Positions 21,972 to 30,889 of a stretch of DNA of 64,000 nt are shown here, in pieces (the first letter of the stretch is position 1; each line of letters opens with the position of its first letter). The position numbers and the translations under genes were made by a program. Origin of the DNA: an uncultured Rhodobacterales bacterium (lineage in GTDB: Bacteria > Pseudomonadota > Alphaproteobacteria > Rhodobacterales > Rhodobacteraceae); NCBI GenBank assembly GCA_963999845.1, contig CAXEVV010000005.1:3835-67834 (forward strand). Direction: 5' to 3'. The notes under the pieces are model-generated. The model was given only the letters and a program-made list of their open reading frames with translations. It had not been told where the DNA came from and made no database searches.

Positions 21972-22541
21972 TCAAAGCTGAAGGCGCAGGTCTAACACAT
22001 CCTTCTCTGTGACCACAAAGTCTAAACGCTGATCTGTTTTTTCTAATGGAACTCGGTCAACCTCTTGACAGCTGTACGCAAATCCTACGGCCAAAACTGG
22101 TTTGTCCATTTTTAATTTTTCAAGCGTTCTGTCATAGAACCCACCACCATACCCTACCCTGCCACCTTGTCGGTCAAATGCCACCAAAGGTACAATTAAC
22201 AATTCTGGAGTAAAAAAATTCTTTGACAACGGTACTTTTGCACCAAACCGCCCGTCGATCATCTCACTACGTGGCGTCCATGCGGCAAATAATAATGGTT
22301 CATTTGCTCCCTGAATAACTGGCACGCCAACTTTACCGTAAAAAGAAATCTTTGCCATTGAGGGCAATGGATCAATTTCAGTCCTAATTGGCATGTATCC
22401 TGCCATAGGTAAGCCCTGAAAATGTTTCAAAAAGGATGACAATTGATCTGACTCGGTGGCCTCTCGGGCGTTATGAGCCAATTTACGTTTCTCAAATATT
22501 TTTTTGCGTATATCATTTTTTAGATCTTGGGTATTCGTCAT
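21972..22541 (-). CDS. 5-formyltetrahydrofolate cyclo-ligase
   Basis: 189 aa with the MTHFS family pattern (..GYGGGFYDR..). ATGA overlap with the mgtE stop. Confidence 0.85.
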   Translation of the reverse strand: MTNTQDLKNDIRKKIFEKRKLAHNAREATESDQLSSFLKHFQGLPMAGYMPIRTEIDPLPSMAKISFYGKVGVPVIQGANEPLLFAAWTPRSEMIDGRFGAKVPLSKNFFTPELLIVPLVAFDRQGGRVGYGGGFYDRTLEKLKMDKPVLAVGFAYSCQEVDRVPLEKTDQRLDFVVTEKDVLDLRLQL

Positions 22542-23932
22542 AATAATAATATCCCAGCAATGCTTAGAAAGGCAAAAAACCCTACAACATCTGTTACGGT
22601 TGTAACAAAAGCACCAGATGCTAGAGCCGGATCAATTTCCAATTTTTCCAGAAGAACTGGAATTGTTGTTCCCGCAAGATTTGCAACTATCAAATTTATC
22701 AACATAGAGAGAGCAATTACAACGCCAAGCATAGCGGTACCGAACCAAATCACTCCAATCAGTCCCATCGAGAAAGCAAAAATCAATCCAGTAAGCACAC
22801 CAACTCCGATTTCACGGCGAATAACCCTTCCAATATTTGTGCTTGAAATATCTTTTGTTGCAATTGCGCGGACTGCCATAGTTAAACTCTGGGTTGCAGC
22901 ATTGCCACCCATTGATGCAATTATTGGCATCAATATTGCGAGTGCTACAAATTGGGCAATCGTTTCCTCGAATTGTGCTATAACGATAGACGCGAGGATA
23001 GCGGTCACCAGGTTTACTGCAAGCCAGGGCAACCTCCCACGTACAGTTTCAAGAATAGTGTCGCTAACACTGCTATCCCCTCCGACACCGGCCAGTAACA
23101 AAATATCCTCCTCGAGCTCTTCATCTAAGACAACCATCGCATCATCTATTGTTATGACCCCAACAACCCTGTTTTCTCTGTCGATCACTGGCGCCGAAAT
23201 TAAGTGATATTGGTTAAAAGCATAAGCCACATCGGCTTCGTCTTGATCAGCAGGTATTACTTGAAAAGCATCCTCAATAATCGTTTTCAACAAGACCGAT
23301 CTTTTAGATGACATTAACTTTCCAAGTGAAACATTGCCCACGGGATGCAAGCGGGGGTCTACCAGTACAATATGATAAAACTGTTCCGGCAAATTAGCAT
23401 TGTTTCTTAGAAAATCTATCGCCATACCCACAGACCAATGCTCTGGAGCCATCACCACTTCTCGCTGCATTAGGCGACCAGCCGATTGTTCGGGGTAGCT
23501 AAGCAAGCTTTGAACGGCAACGCGGTCGCCTTCTTCTAGCGCATTCAGTATGGTTTCTTTCTGCTTTTCTTCTAAATCCTCTACTAGATCGACAACATCG
23601 TCACTCTCAAGATCCCTGACAGCCTCCGCTAGAACATCTGGGTTTAATTCTGAAATAACTTGTTCTCTGATATGCTCATCAATTTCCGATAAAATATCAC
23701 CATAAAATTCATTATCATATAATCTTATGAACCGCGCTCGGTCTGTTGTACTTAATTGTTCAATTAGATCCGCAATGTCAGCTGGATGTAGTGGTTCGAG
23801 TGCTTCGGTAAGGTTTATCCGGTTTCCGCTGGCAAGAGCAGAAAGGACAACTGCCATTTTATCCTTACCAATAAAATATGACGCTTCTTTCGAACTCAAT
23901 TTGCTGGCATGTGTGTCTTTATCGTTAAGCAT
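22538..23932 (-). CDS. mgtE: magnesium transporter MgtE
   Basis: MgtE N-domain, CBS pair, and C-terminal TM domain with DPALASGAFVTTVTDVVGF. Start set at the ATG at 23932, preceded by GGAGG-N6. Confidence 0.92.
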   Translation of the reverse strand: MLNDKDTHASKLSSKEASYFIGKDKMAVVLSALASGNRINLTEALEPLHPADIADLIEQLSTTDRARFIRLYDNEFYGDILSEIDEHIREQVISELNPDVLAEAVRDLESDDVVDLVEDLEEKQKETILNALEEGDRVAVQSLLSYPEQSAGRLMQREVVMAPEHWSVGMAIDFLRNNANLPEQFYHIVLVDPRLHPVGNVSLGKLMSSKRSVLLKTIIEDAFQVIPADQDEADVAYAFNQYHLISAPVIDRENRVVGVITIDDAMVVLDEELEEDILLLAGVGGDSSVSDTILETVRGRLPWLAVNLVTAILASIVIAQFEETIAQFVALAILMPIIASMGGNAATQSLTMAVRAIATKDISSTNIGRVIRREIGVGVLTGLIFAFSMGLIGVIWFGTAMLGVVIALSMLINLIVANLAGTTIPVLLEKLEIDPALASGAFVTTVTDVVGFFAFLSIAGILLL

Positions 23933-24022
23933 CTGCAACCTCCAAACATAATTGTTTAAGTGCATAATAGGAACTTTATTGCAAAAACAATGCAAATAGC
24001 ATTATTTCTGTAAAATATTGAT

Positions 24023-25372
24023 ATGGAAATCAAATGCATCGGAGCCAAACTTTTGATTAATAACGTAGCAAATAAAAAAAAAATTCTGATTGGAACGGTT
24101 TTAAGTTTCACAGAAAATCCATTTCATTACAGACTAACCGATAGTGTTAATATTGCTGAAAATACCGCAGTTTTAATTGACGGAAATAAAATCAAAAAAA
24201 TAGGAAGCCCTAATCAGCTTGTTGCTAGTGCTCCAGATGCCGAGGTTTATAACTTTCAAGAAAAATTGCTTATGTCCGGCTTTATCGATGCGCACGCGCA
24301 TTATCCACAAACTCCAATAATAGCAAGTTGGGGAAAGCGCCTAATCGACTGGTTGAATACTTATACTTTTCCTGAAGAAGAAAAGTATGGCAATTCAAAG
24401 TATGCAGAAAATATAGCGGAACTTTATTTAAATTTTTTAATTTCAAATGGAACAACTTCAGTATCAACTTATTGCACAACACATCCAGAAAGTGTGGACG
24501 CAATATTTTCCACAGCCCAACGAAGAAATATGTGTGTGGTTGCTGGAAAAAATGCCATGGATCGCAACGCGCCCAAAGCATTATTAGACACTCCTCAAAG
24601 CGCCTATGACGAATCCAAAAAACTAATCCACAAGTGGCATCGGACCGGAAGGCTTCGTTACGCTATTACTCCCCGCTTCTCACCAACTTCCTCCCCAGAA
24701 CAGCTATCTATGCTTGGAGAATTATGGGCTGAATACCCTGACTGCCTTATGCAAACTCACCTAAGTGAACAAGTCGACGAGATTGAGTGGGTTAAATCTC
24801 TGTTTCCGAATAGTAGAGACTATTTGGATACTTATGAACAATTTGGACTACTCGGTGCAAATGCTATTTTTGGTCATGCCATACACCTCAAAAAAAGAGA
24901 AATAGATAGGTTAAAGGATGTTGGTGCAGGTGTCGTTCATTGTCCCACGTCTAATACTTTCATCGGCTCAGGCCTATTTGATATGGAACATTTGCAAAAA
25001 CAAAAAATACCAGTTGGACTAGCAACTGATACAGGAGGCGGCTCCAGTTTCTCTATGCTTCGAACAATGGCATCGTGCTATGAAATTGCGCAATTACGCA
25101 ATAATGCCCTGCACCCTGCTCAGCTCTTATGGCTGGCGACAATGGGATCAGCCAAAGCGCTGCATTTAGAGAAGGAAATTGGCAATCTCAAAGTAGGTTA
25201 TATTGCAGATGTGATAGCGATAGATCTTAAATCTACAGACGTTATCACTCAAAGAGCTGATTTAGCTAATGATATATGGGAAGCAATTTTTCCAACCCTA
25301 ATGATGGGTGATGATCGAGCAATTGCAGCAACCTTTATAGCTGGCAACTTGGTTCATTCAACTAAGATATAA
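24023..25372 (+). CDS. guaD: guanine deaminase
   Basis: Amidohydrolase with GFIDAHAHYPQ, YEQFGLL, HCPTSNTFIGSGLF and DTGGG, matching GuaD signatures. Confidence 0.88.
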   Translation: MEIKCIGAKLLINNVANKKKILIGTVLSFTENPFHYRLTDSVNIAENTAVLIDGNKIKKIGSPNQLVASAPDAEVYNFQEKLLMSGFIDAHAHYPQTPIIASWGKRLIDWLNTYTFPEEEKYGNSKYAENIAELYLNFLISNGTTSVSTYCTTHPESVDAIFSTAQRRNMCVVAGKNAMDRNAPKALLDTPQSAYDESKKLIHKWHRTGRLRYAITPRFSPTSSPEQLSMLGELWAEYPDCLMQTHLSEQVDEIEWVKSLFPNSRDYLDTYEQFGLLGANAIFGHAIHLKKREIDRLKDVGAGVVHCPTSNTFIGSGLFDMEHLQKQKIPVGLATDTGGGSSFSMLRTMASCYEIAQLRNNALHPAQLLWLATMGSAKALHLEKEIGNLKVGYIADVIAIDLKSTDVITQRADLANDIWEAIFPTLMMGDDRAIAATFIAGNLVHSTKI

Positions 25373-25414
25373 ATTAAATATTAATCTTCGGGTCTGGGCC
25401 GTTAAATATCGAGT

Positions 25415-26767
25415 TCAATAAGATTGCAAATTTGTAACAAGCCTTTTTACCTCGGCAAGCGTTTCAGCGACATTAACTGTTACCAAGTTTCCATCACATA
25501 CTATCATGCGTCCTTCTACAAGTAAGTGCTTAACTTTCTTGGGCCCAGCAAGCAATAAAGAAGCTGGGTCCCAGCTTCCAGCAGACTCAATCCCAGAAAT
25601 ATCCCAAATTGCTAGATCGCCCCGTGCTCCCACTTGGATGCGACCACATTCTGGTCTACCTAAAATATCCGCCCCACCTCTTGTGGCAAGTTCTAGTGCA
25701 TCCAGAGCTGACATTGAATCTGCACCGTTTTTAACCCGCTGAAGTAACATAGCCTGACGGGCCTCGCTTATTAAACTACCGCTGTCATTACTAGCAGATC
25801 CGTCGACACCTAACCCTACATTAACACCAGTACTTAACATGTCACGAATGGGTGCTATGCCCGAACCCAGACGGCAATTTGAGCACGGACAATGCGAAAC
25901 ACCTGTACGAGTACTAGCAAAAAGATTTATTTCTTGAGTATCTAATTTAACACAATGCGCGTGCCATACATCCTTTCCAGTCCAACCTAGATCTTCTGCA
26001 TATTGTCCAGGTCTGCAACCAAACTTTTCTAAAGAATAAGCAATATCCTCTTCATTCTCTGCAAGGTGAGTGTGCAGGGTAACGCCCTTATCTCTAGCAA
26101 GAAGTGCAGTATCTTTCATCAACTCTCGCGTTACTGAAAAAGGTGAGCAGGGAGCAAGTCCAATCCTGATCATAGACGCGGGCGTCACATCATTAAATTT
26201 ATCAATTACCCTGATACAATCGTTGATAATATCATGCTCTTTTTCAACTAGATTATCCGGGGGCAGTCCTCCCAAACTTTCACCGATACTCATAGAACCT
26301 CTTGTCGGATAAAATCTCAAGCCCACCTCGTGCGCCGCATGAATTGTATCATCCAAGGTCGCACCATTTGGAAATAAATAAAGATGGTCTGAACTCATAG
26401 TGCAGCCGCTTAGAGCTAATTCTGAAAGGCCCAATATGGTAGAAATTCGAATTTCGTCCGGGCCAAAGCGCGACCAAATTGGATAGAGCGTTTTCAACCA
26501 TCCAAACAAAAGTGCATTCTGGCCACCTGGTACTGCTTTTGTCAAAGATTGGAACAGATGATGATGGGTATTGATCAGCCCAGGAGTAACCACACATCCA
26601 GAGGCGTCAATAATTTCGTCAACACCAGTAAGGTGAGTATTTTTCTCTACTTTGTGAATTTCACCTTGAGAAATAACAATATCGCAACAGCTAAGAATTC
26701 GCCGCGTGTCGTCCATTGAAATAACTAAATCAGCGTTTTTTATAACTGTACGTTCTTTTTTAGTCAT
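25415..26767 (-). CDS. 8-oxoguanine deaminase-like amidohydrolase
   Basis: GLINTHHHLFQ, HTHLAENEED, HCPCSNCRLGSG and GVDGSASND, typical of the 8-oxoguanine deaminase/AtzB-like clade. Substrate not provable from sequence. Confidence 0.75.
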   Translation of the reverse strand: MTKKERTVIKNADLVISMDDTRRILSCCDIVISQGEIHKVEKNTHLTGVDEIIDASGCVVTPGLINTHHHLFQSLTKAVPGGQNALLFGWLKTLYPIWSRFGPDEIRISTILGLSELALSGCTMSSDHLYLFPNGATLDDTIHAAHEVGLRFYPTRGSMSIGESLGGLPPDNLVEKEHDIINDCIRVIDKFNDVTPASMIRIGLAPCSPFSVTRELMKDTALLARDKGVTLHTHLAENEEDIAYSLEKFGCRPGQYAEDLGWTGKDVWHAHCVKLDTQEINLFASTRTGVSHCPCSNCRLGSGIAPIRDMLSTGVNVGLGVDGSASNDSGSLISEARQAMLLQRVKNGADSMSALDALELATRGGADILGRPECGRIQVGARGDLAIWDISGIESAGSWDPASLLLAGPKKVKHLLVEGRMIVCDGNLVTVNVAETLAEVKRLVTNLQSY

Positions 26768-27581
26768 CAGAATATGAATTTAGAATATTTAACGCTTGCT
26801 GATGTAATCTTTGGTTAGCAGCTGCTAAAACTTGTCCTCCTAGATAGGCAGGCTTACCGGACCAAGAGGTTACAATGCCACCAGCCGCTTCAATGACGCC
26901 AATAGGGGCCTGAATATCATACGCATTCAGAGAAGCCTCAATCACTAAATCCACTTGACCTGCAGCTACCAAAGCATAAGCGTAACAATCTAGGCCATAT
27001 CTGACCAGCTTCACCTCTCGCGCAACTGCAGCGAACCCCATTTTATCTGTTTCCGTACCAACTTCAGGAAATGTTGTGAAAAGTTTACTTTCCGACAATG
27101 ATTGCGTAGTAGCGGTCTTAAGGGGACGAACCCCTAATGGTCCTCGAACTTCAGAAGTGCCAAAACCACCTATAAATCGTTCATTGATATATGGCTGATC
27201 AATTATGCCAAAGATTGGCCCAAAGCCTATTTGTTCTAGTGAAATCAGAACGCCCCATGTTGGAGTACCAGAAATAAAGCTCCTCGTTCCATCAATCGGA
27301 TCTATTACCCATCTGTAGCCAGATTTACTTTCACTTTCTCCGTGTTCTTCGCCCCATATACCATCATCTGGGCGCGAAGACGAAATAACTTGTCTGATTG
27401 CATCTTCTCCCGCTTTGTCTGCTTCAGTCACAGGATCAAACGAGTTTTTATCCTTATTTTCTACTGCGAGTTCATGCCGAAAAAAAGGAAGGATAGCTTT
27501 ACGAGCAAGATCTGCAGCCTCATTGGCCAACTCTACCAATCCCTTTTTCTCTTTATTCGACAGAACTGGAAAATTAGTCAT
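26760..27581 (-). CDS. inositol monophosphatase-family phosphatase (HisN-type histidinol-phosphatase-like)
   Basis: DPVTEADKAGE, WVIDPIDGTRSF and WGV motifs. ATG at 27581 preferred over the track's GTG at 27596. Its stop overlaps the downstream deaminase start by 8 nt. Confidence 0.75.
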   Translation of the reverse strand: MTNFPVLSNKEKKGLVELANEAADLARKAILPFFRHELAVENKDKNSFDPVTEADKAGEDAIRQVISSSRPDDGIWGEEHGESESKSGYRWVIDPIDGTRSFISGTPTWGVLISLEQIGFGPIFGIIDQPYINERFIGGFGTSEVRGPLGVRPLKTATTQSLSESKLFTTFPEVGTETDKMGFAAVAREVKLVRYGLDCYAYALVAAGQVDLVIEASLNAYDIQAPIGVIEAAGGIVTSWSGKPAYLGGQVLAAANQRLHQQALNILNSYSDD

Positions 27582-27714
27582 CGAGGCGCCCTTCACTACT
27601 AAAATAGCTAAACTAATCGATATATAAAAACAAGTTTTCTAAAAGTGTCTATTTCTCGAAGGTTTGACTCTAAATTCATCATGGTATTAGTTTGCGCAAA
27701 ATAGGAAGCTCAGC

Positions 27715-28674
27715 ATGAAAGCCTTTAGAGTAATAGATTTTGATAAGCCAGCCACTTTTTGTAATATACCTCGCGAACAACCAAAAGATGGCCAAGTGGA
27801 AGTAAAAATTGACGCTTGCGGCTTAAATTTTGCAGATCTGTTAATGCAACAAAATCAATATCAAGATACACCGAATGTGCCATTTACTTTAGGAATGGAA
27901 ATTGCCGGTGAGATTAGTGCTATTGGACCAAATACACAATCACCTGAAGTTGGCAGTCGCGTAACCGTGTTTGCAGGTCAAGGCGGCTTGGCAGAATATG
28001 GATATTTTCCAGCTGAAAGATTGATAAAAATTCCAGATAGTATGCCAAGTGAGGTAGCAGCAGGTTTCCAAGTAGCTTACGGAACCAGCCACATTGCATT
28101 GACACATTGCGCAAGGTTAAAGAAGAACGATACACTGTTGGTCCTTGGCGCTGCTGGGGGGGTAGGCCTTACAGCTGTGGAATTAGGGAAGCACTTTGGC
28201 GCCCAAGTAATTGCGGCAGCGCGCGGACAAGAAAAGCTGAACATAGCAAAACGGTTCGGCGCCGATGTTTTAATAGATACAAACAAAGAAAACCTTCGAG
28301 ACGTGGTAAAATCCTTGGGGGGTGCTGATGTTGTTTACGATCCGATTGGGGGAGACCTTTTTAAGGAAGCAGTGCGAGCTTGTAAGCCGGAAGGGAAAAT
28401 ACTGACTATAGGTTTTGCAAGTGGGGATATCCCGGTTATAGCGGCAAATTATCTATTAGTTAAAAACCTTTCAGTTATTGGGTTAAATTGGGGAGCCTAT
28501 CTAAAATTTAACCCAAAAGTTATTTCAAGCAGCGTGCGTGAACTCACAAAGCTATACACTGATAAGATATTGACACCGCATATCTCGCACATCTTTCCAT
28601 TTTCCGAAACAAATGCGGCGTTAGAGTGTATCAAAAATAGAAAATCTACAGGCAAAGTTGTTGTAAAAATATAA
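27715..28674 (+). CDS. NADPH:quinone oxidoreductase-like MDR family protein
   Basis: Zeta-crystallin/Qor-like with VLGAAGGVGLTAV Rossmann motif and no structural-zinc cysteines. Confidence 0.85.
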   Translation: MKAFRVIDFDKPATFCNIPREQPKDGQVEVKIDACGLNFADLLMQQNQYQDTPNVPFTLGMEIAGEISAIGPNTQSPEVGSRVTVFAGQGGLAEYGYFPAERLIKIPDSMPSEVAAGFQVAYGTSHIALTHCARLKKNDTLLVLGAAGGVGLTAVELGKHFGAQVIAAARGQEKLNIAKRFGADVLIDTNKENLRDVVKSLGGADVVYDPIGGDLFKEAVRACKPEGKILTIGFASGDIPVIAANYLLVKNLSVIGLNWGAYLKFNPKVISSSVRELTKLYTDKILTPHISHIFPFSETNAALECIKNRKSTGKVVVKI

Positions 28675-28771
28675 TATTTACTACATTATTATTTTTTTAT
28701 CCTGGAAGCTTGAAAAATCATACATTTCAGCCAATATTAAGGTTAATTAGATTTGTTCATTGGAGGCATAA

Positions 28772-29551
28772 ATGGCAGACTATAAAACAATAAGATCATC
28801 CGCGGGGGCGCAAAGCGAGGTGATTGATAGTGGACTTCGCGCCCACATGAATAAAGTTTACGGCACTATGTCAGTTGGAATGCTCATTACAGCGTTAGCT
28901 GCATGGGCTATATCCGGATTAGCTACTACTACAGATCCGACTTATGCAACAGCTCAAATGGCTAATGGGACGCTTTTAACCTCGCTGGGTTCAGCGCTTT
29001 ATCTATCTCCCTTAAGATGGATAGTGATGCTCGCTCCACTTGGGATTTTGTTCTTTGGCTTTGGTCATGTGATGCGAAAATCATCAGCAGCAGCAGCTCA
29101 GTTACTCTTCTTCGTGTTCGCGTCGCTGATCGGTGTTTCATTGAGTTCGATTTTTATCGTCTATACATCAGTATCAATTGTCCAAACATTTTTAGTGACC
29201 TCTATAGCTTTTGCAGGCTTATCATTGTGGGGATACACCACAAAACGAGACATTTCAGGATGGGGTGCATTTCTGATTATGGGCGTGATTGGGATAATCA
29301 TCGCATCAATCATTAATATTTTCTTGGGGTCGCCAGCACTGATGTTTGCTATTTCGATTATTGGTTTATTAGTTTTCGCAGGTCTGACTGCCTACGACAC
29401 ACAAAACATAAAGATCCAATATCTGCAACATGCGCACCATGGAGATCAGCAATGGTTGGATAAGTCAGCCATTCATGGGGCGTTAAGTCTGTACTTAGAT
29501 TTCCTAAATATGTTTCAATTTTTGTTGTTATTCATGGGTAATCAAGAATAA
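28772..29551 (+). CDS. Bax inhibitor-1/YccA (YbhL) family membrane protein
   Basis: 7-TM profile with a conserved C-terminal region (..AYDTQ.., LYLDFLNMF). GGAGG SD upstream. Confidence 0.88.
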   Translation: MADYKTIRSSAGAQSEVIDSGLRAHMNKVYGTMSVGMLITALAAWAISGLATTTDPTYATAQMANGTLLTSLGSALYLSPLRWIVMLAPLGILFFGFGHVMRKSSAAAAQLLFFVFASLIGVSLSSIFIVYTSVSIVQTFLVTSIAFAGLSLWGYTTKRDISGWGAFLIMGVIGIIIASIINIFLGSPALMFAISIIGLLVFAGLTAYDTQNIKIQYLQHAHHGDQQWLDKSAIHGALSLYLDFLNMFQFLLLFMGNQE

Positions 29552-29568
29552 AAACTAGCACGTTAAAC

Positions 29569-29598
29569 AAAAACCGCGTCTTTGACGCGGTTTTTTTT
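29569..29598. terminator. bidirectional Rho-independent terminator shared by the BI-1 gene (+) and rpmG (-)
   Basis: Perfect 8-bp stem accgcgtc(29573-29580)/gacgcggt(29584-29591) with a ttt loop. An A-run lies on the left and an 8-T run on the right; the T-run overlaps the rpmG stop codon. Confidence 0.8.
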
Positions 29599-29764
29599 AC
29601 TTGATTTTACCTTCTTTGTACTCAACGTGCTTTCGTACTATCGGGTCATATTTTCGAACAACCATTTTTTCAGTCATCGTACGAGCATTTTTCTTGGTCA
29701 CATAAAAATGGCCAGTATCTGCTGTTGAATTCAGACGTATCTTAACTGTAGTTGGTTTAGCCAT
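29597..29764 (-). CDS. rpmG: 50S ribosomal protein L33
   Basis: Not in the ORF track (55 aa). My translation is [60 protein letters not shown] lies 7 nt upstream. Confidence 0.92.
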   Translation of the reverse strand: MAKPTTVKIRLNSTADTGHFYVTKKNARTMTEKMVVRKYDPIVRKHVEYKEGKIK

Positions 29765-29880
29765 GTGATTTCTCCTGATAAGATAACCATCAAATTCTAA
29801 TTGAGCTAGCCTTGTAATGAAGATTTCGTCTGTGTCAACGTTAATACGCTAATATCATAAATTATTTCGATAATAATAGT

Positions 29881-30280
29881 ATGCGGGAAGCCTATAAGCC
29901 GGATTCTGTCCCAAAGGATAAACCTTCATGAATGGCCATTCATCTAAGTTCGATGTTACCAACGAACCTCTAGCTGCCTACCCGAACCACTAGTTCAAAG
30001 CAAATCCGCGAATTGAGCGCATAAAGCAAACTCACCGCACGTGGCTCCTATTCGGCATTGCTCCCGGTGGGGCTTGCCATGCAGTTCATGTTACCATGAA
30101 CCCGGTGGGCCCTTACCCCACCTTTTCACCCTTACCCAAGAAATGTACTCAGGCGGTTTTTTTTCTGTGGCGCTTTCCGTCGGGTTGCCCCGCCCGGGCG
30201 TTACCCGGCACCGTAGCTTTGTGGAGTCCGGACTTTCCTCGAAGTAATTTAACTCCGCGACCATTCAGCCTCCCGCATAC
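29881..30280 (-). ncRNA. rnpB: RNase P RNA, bacterial type A
   Basis: The reverse complement reads GCGGGAGGC..GAGGAAAGTCCGGACTCCACAAAG..GGTGCCGGGTAACGCCCGG..GGTAAGGGTGAAAAGGTGGGGTAAGGGCCCACC..GGGTAGGCAGCTAGAGG..AGATGAATGGCC..ACAGAATCCGGCTTATAGGCTTCCCGCAT. These are the universally conserved P4 strands (30228-30240 and 29897-29909) with P1 closing pairing. Ends are approximate within a few nt. Confidence 0.93.
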
Positions 30281-30324
30281 AAACCTATGTAAGTTCTGGT
30301 TAGAAATTGGTCAATATTTATTCA

Positions 30325-30885
30325 CTATTTTCCTACCGCCAGTCGAAAAGGCGTGGGATCCCATCTACAAGCAAACCCATCACCATCAGGATCGATTCCG
30401 AACTGGTCTCTTTCTGGACCTCCAGTGAGTAGAAAGGCTTCTTGAGCAGAACTATCGGACACATACCTATTACAATTGCGCTCAAACCTTGCCTGTGACT
30501 TGAAACGCCGTTCATAAAGCATAGTGCCCAAGGGGTTATCAGTTTTAAGTGCGTATGCCACCACGTTGGGTATATTAGTATTAGTCCTTCGAGGAACGTT
30601 AGTGGGCTTTATGACAGTGTAAACCTCTTGGTTACGCTTTAAACGCTCAGCATCACTTTCAATAGTTTGACGCTCTGCTACAGCGTCAAAGTCGTTTTCA
30701 TCAGACAAACCAGGGTTATCTAATGTGGGTTTACTTACTTCTACAGTTTCTTCCGCTAATACGTCCTCATTCACCAGGGGTATCTTTGTACCAATATCAT
30801 TGCCAGGCACGCATGCAGAGACAAATAGAAAAGAAAGCATGATGCAGTAAGGCGCTATCACAGACGATAAAAACTTTAATCCCAA
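30325..30885 (-). CDS. putative lipoprotein with C-terminal Excalibur-like calcium-binding motif
   Basis: TTG start 4 nt after the gatA stop. Signal peptide with lipobox (LFVSAC). C-terminus C..Y.S..AQEAFL..GGP..D.FGIDPDGDGFAC resembles the Excalibur DxDxDGxxC motif. Confidence 0.65.
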   Translation of the reverse strand: MGLKFLSSVIAPYCIMLSFLFVSACVPGNDIGTKIPLVNEDVLAEETVEVSKPTLDNPGLSDENDFDAVAERQTIESDAERLKRNQEVYTVIKPTNVPRRTNTNIPNVVAYALKTDNPLGTMLYERRFKSQARFERNCNRYVSDSSAQEAFLLTGGPERDQFGIDPDGDGFACRWDPTPFRLAVGK

Positions 30886-30889
30886 TTAT

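Noticed and set aside
21901-22541. Looked for a 6S RNA (ssrS) upstream of the 5-formyl-THF cyclo-ligase gene, its classic position in proteobacteria
   Set aside because: The cyclo-ligase ATG overlaps the mgtE stop (ATGA), so there is no upstream intergenic space. The 71-nt downstream gap is too short and lacks the long interrupted 6S helix.
22527-23207. 226-aa plus-strand ORF
   Set aside because: It is antisense to the well-supported mgtE and has low-complexity Ser/Ile/Ala/Thr composition with no recognisable domain. The same reasoning rejects the antisense ORFs at 19334-19849 (yebC), 7900-8382 (VOC), 10820-11311 (pccA), 14111-14506 (pccB), 15514-15900 (MFS), 16695-17039 (betA), 53504-54016 (sdhA), 59004-59426 and 59893-60315 (sucC/sucD), 60388-60816 (sucA) and 53-409 (rplY).
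23933-24022. M-box (Mg) riboswitch upstream of mgtE or purine riboswitch upstream of guaD
   Set aside because: The spacer is only 90 nt, AT-rich and shared by both divergent promoters. It has no multi-helix GC-supported structure or conserved cores.
24301-24309. Perfect DnaA box TTATCCACA
   Set aside because: It is a single copy inside the guaD coding sequence, with no clustering, AT-rich unwinding element or ori-linked genes. It is compatible with chance.
30041-30428. Two plus-strand ORFs (68 aa and 110 aa) in the ORF track
   Set aside because: They lie on top of the minus-strand RNase P RNA (29881-30280). Their Pro/Gly/Arg-rich translations are typical of GC-rich structured RNA read as protein.
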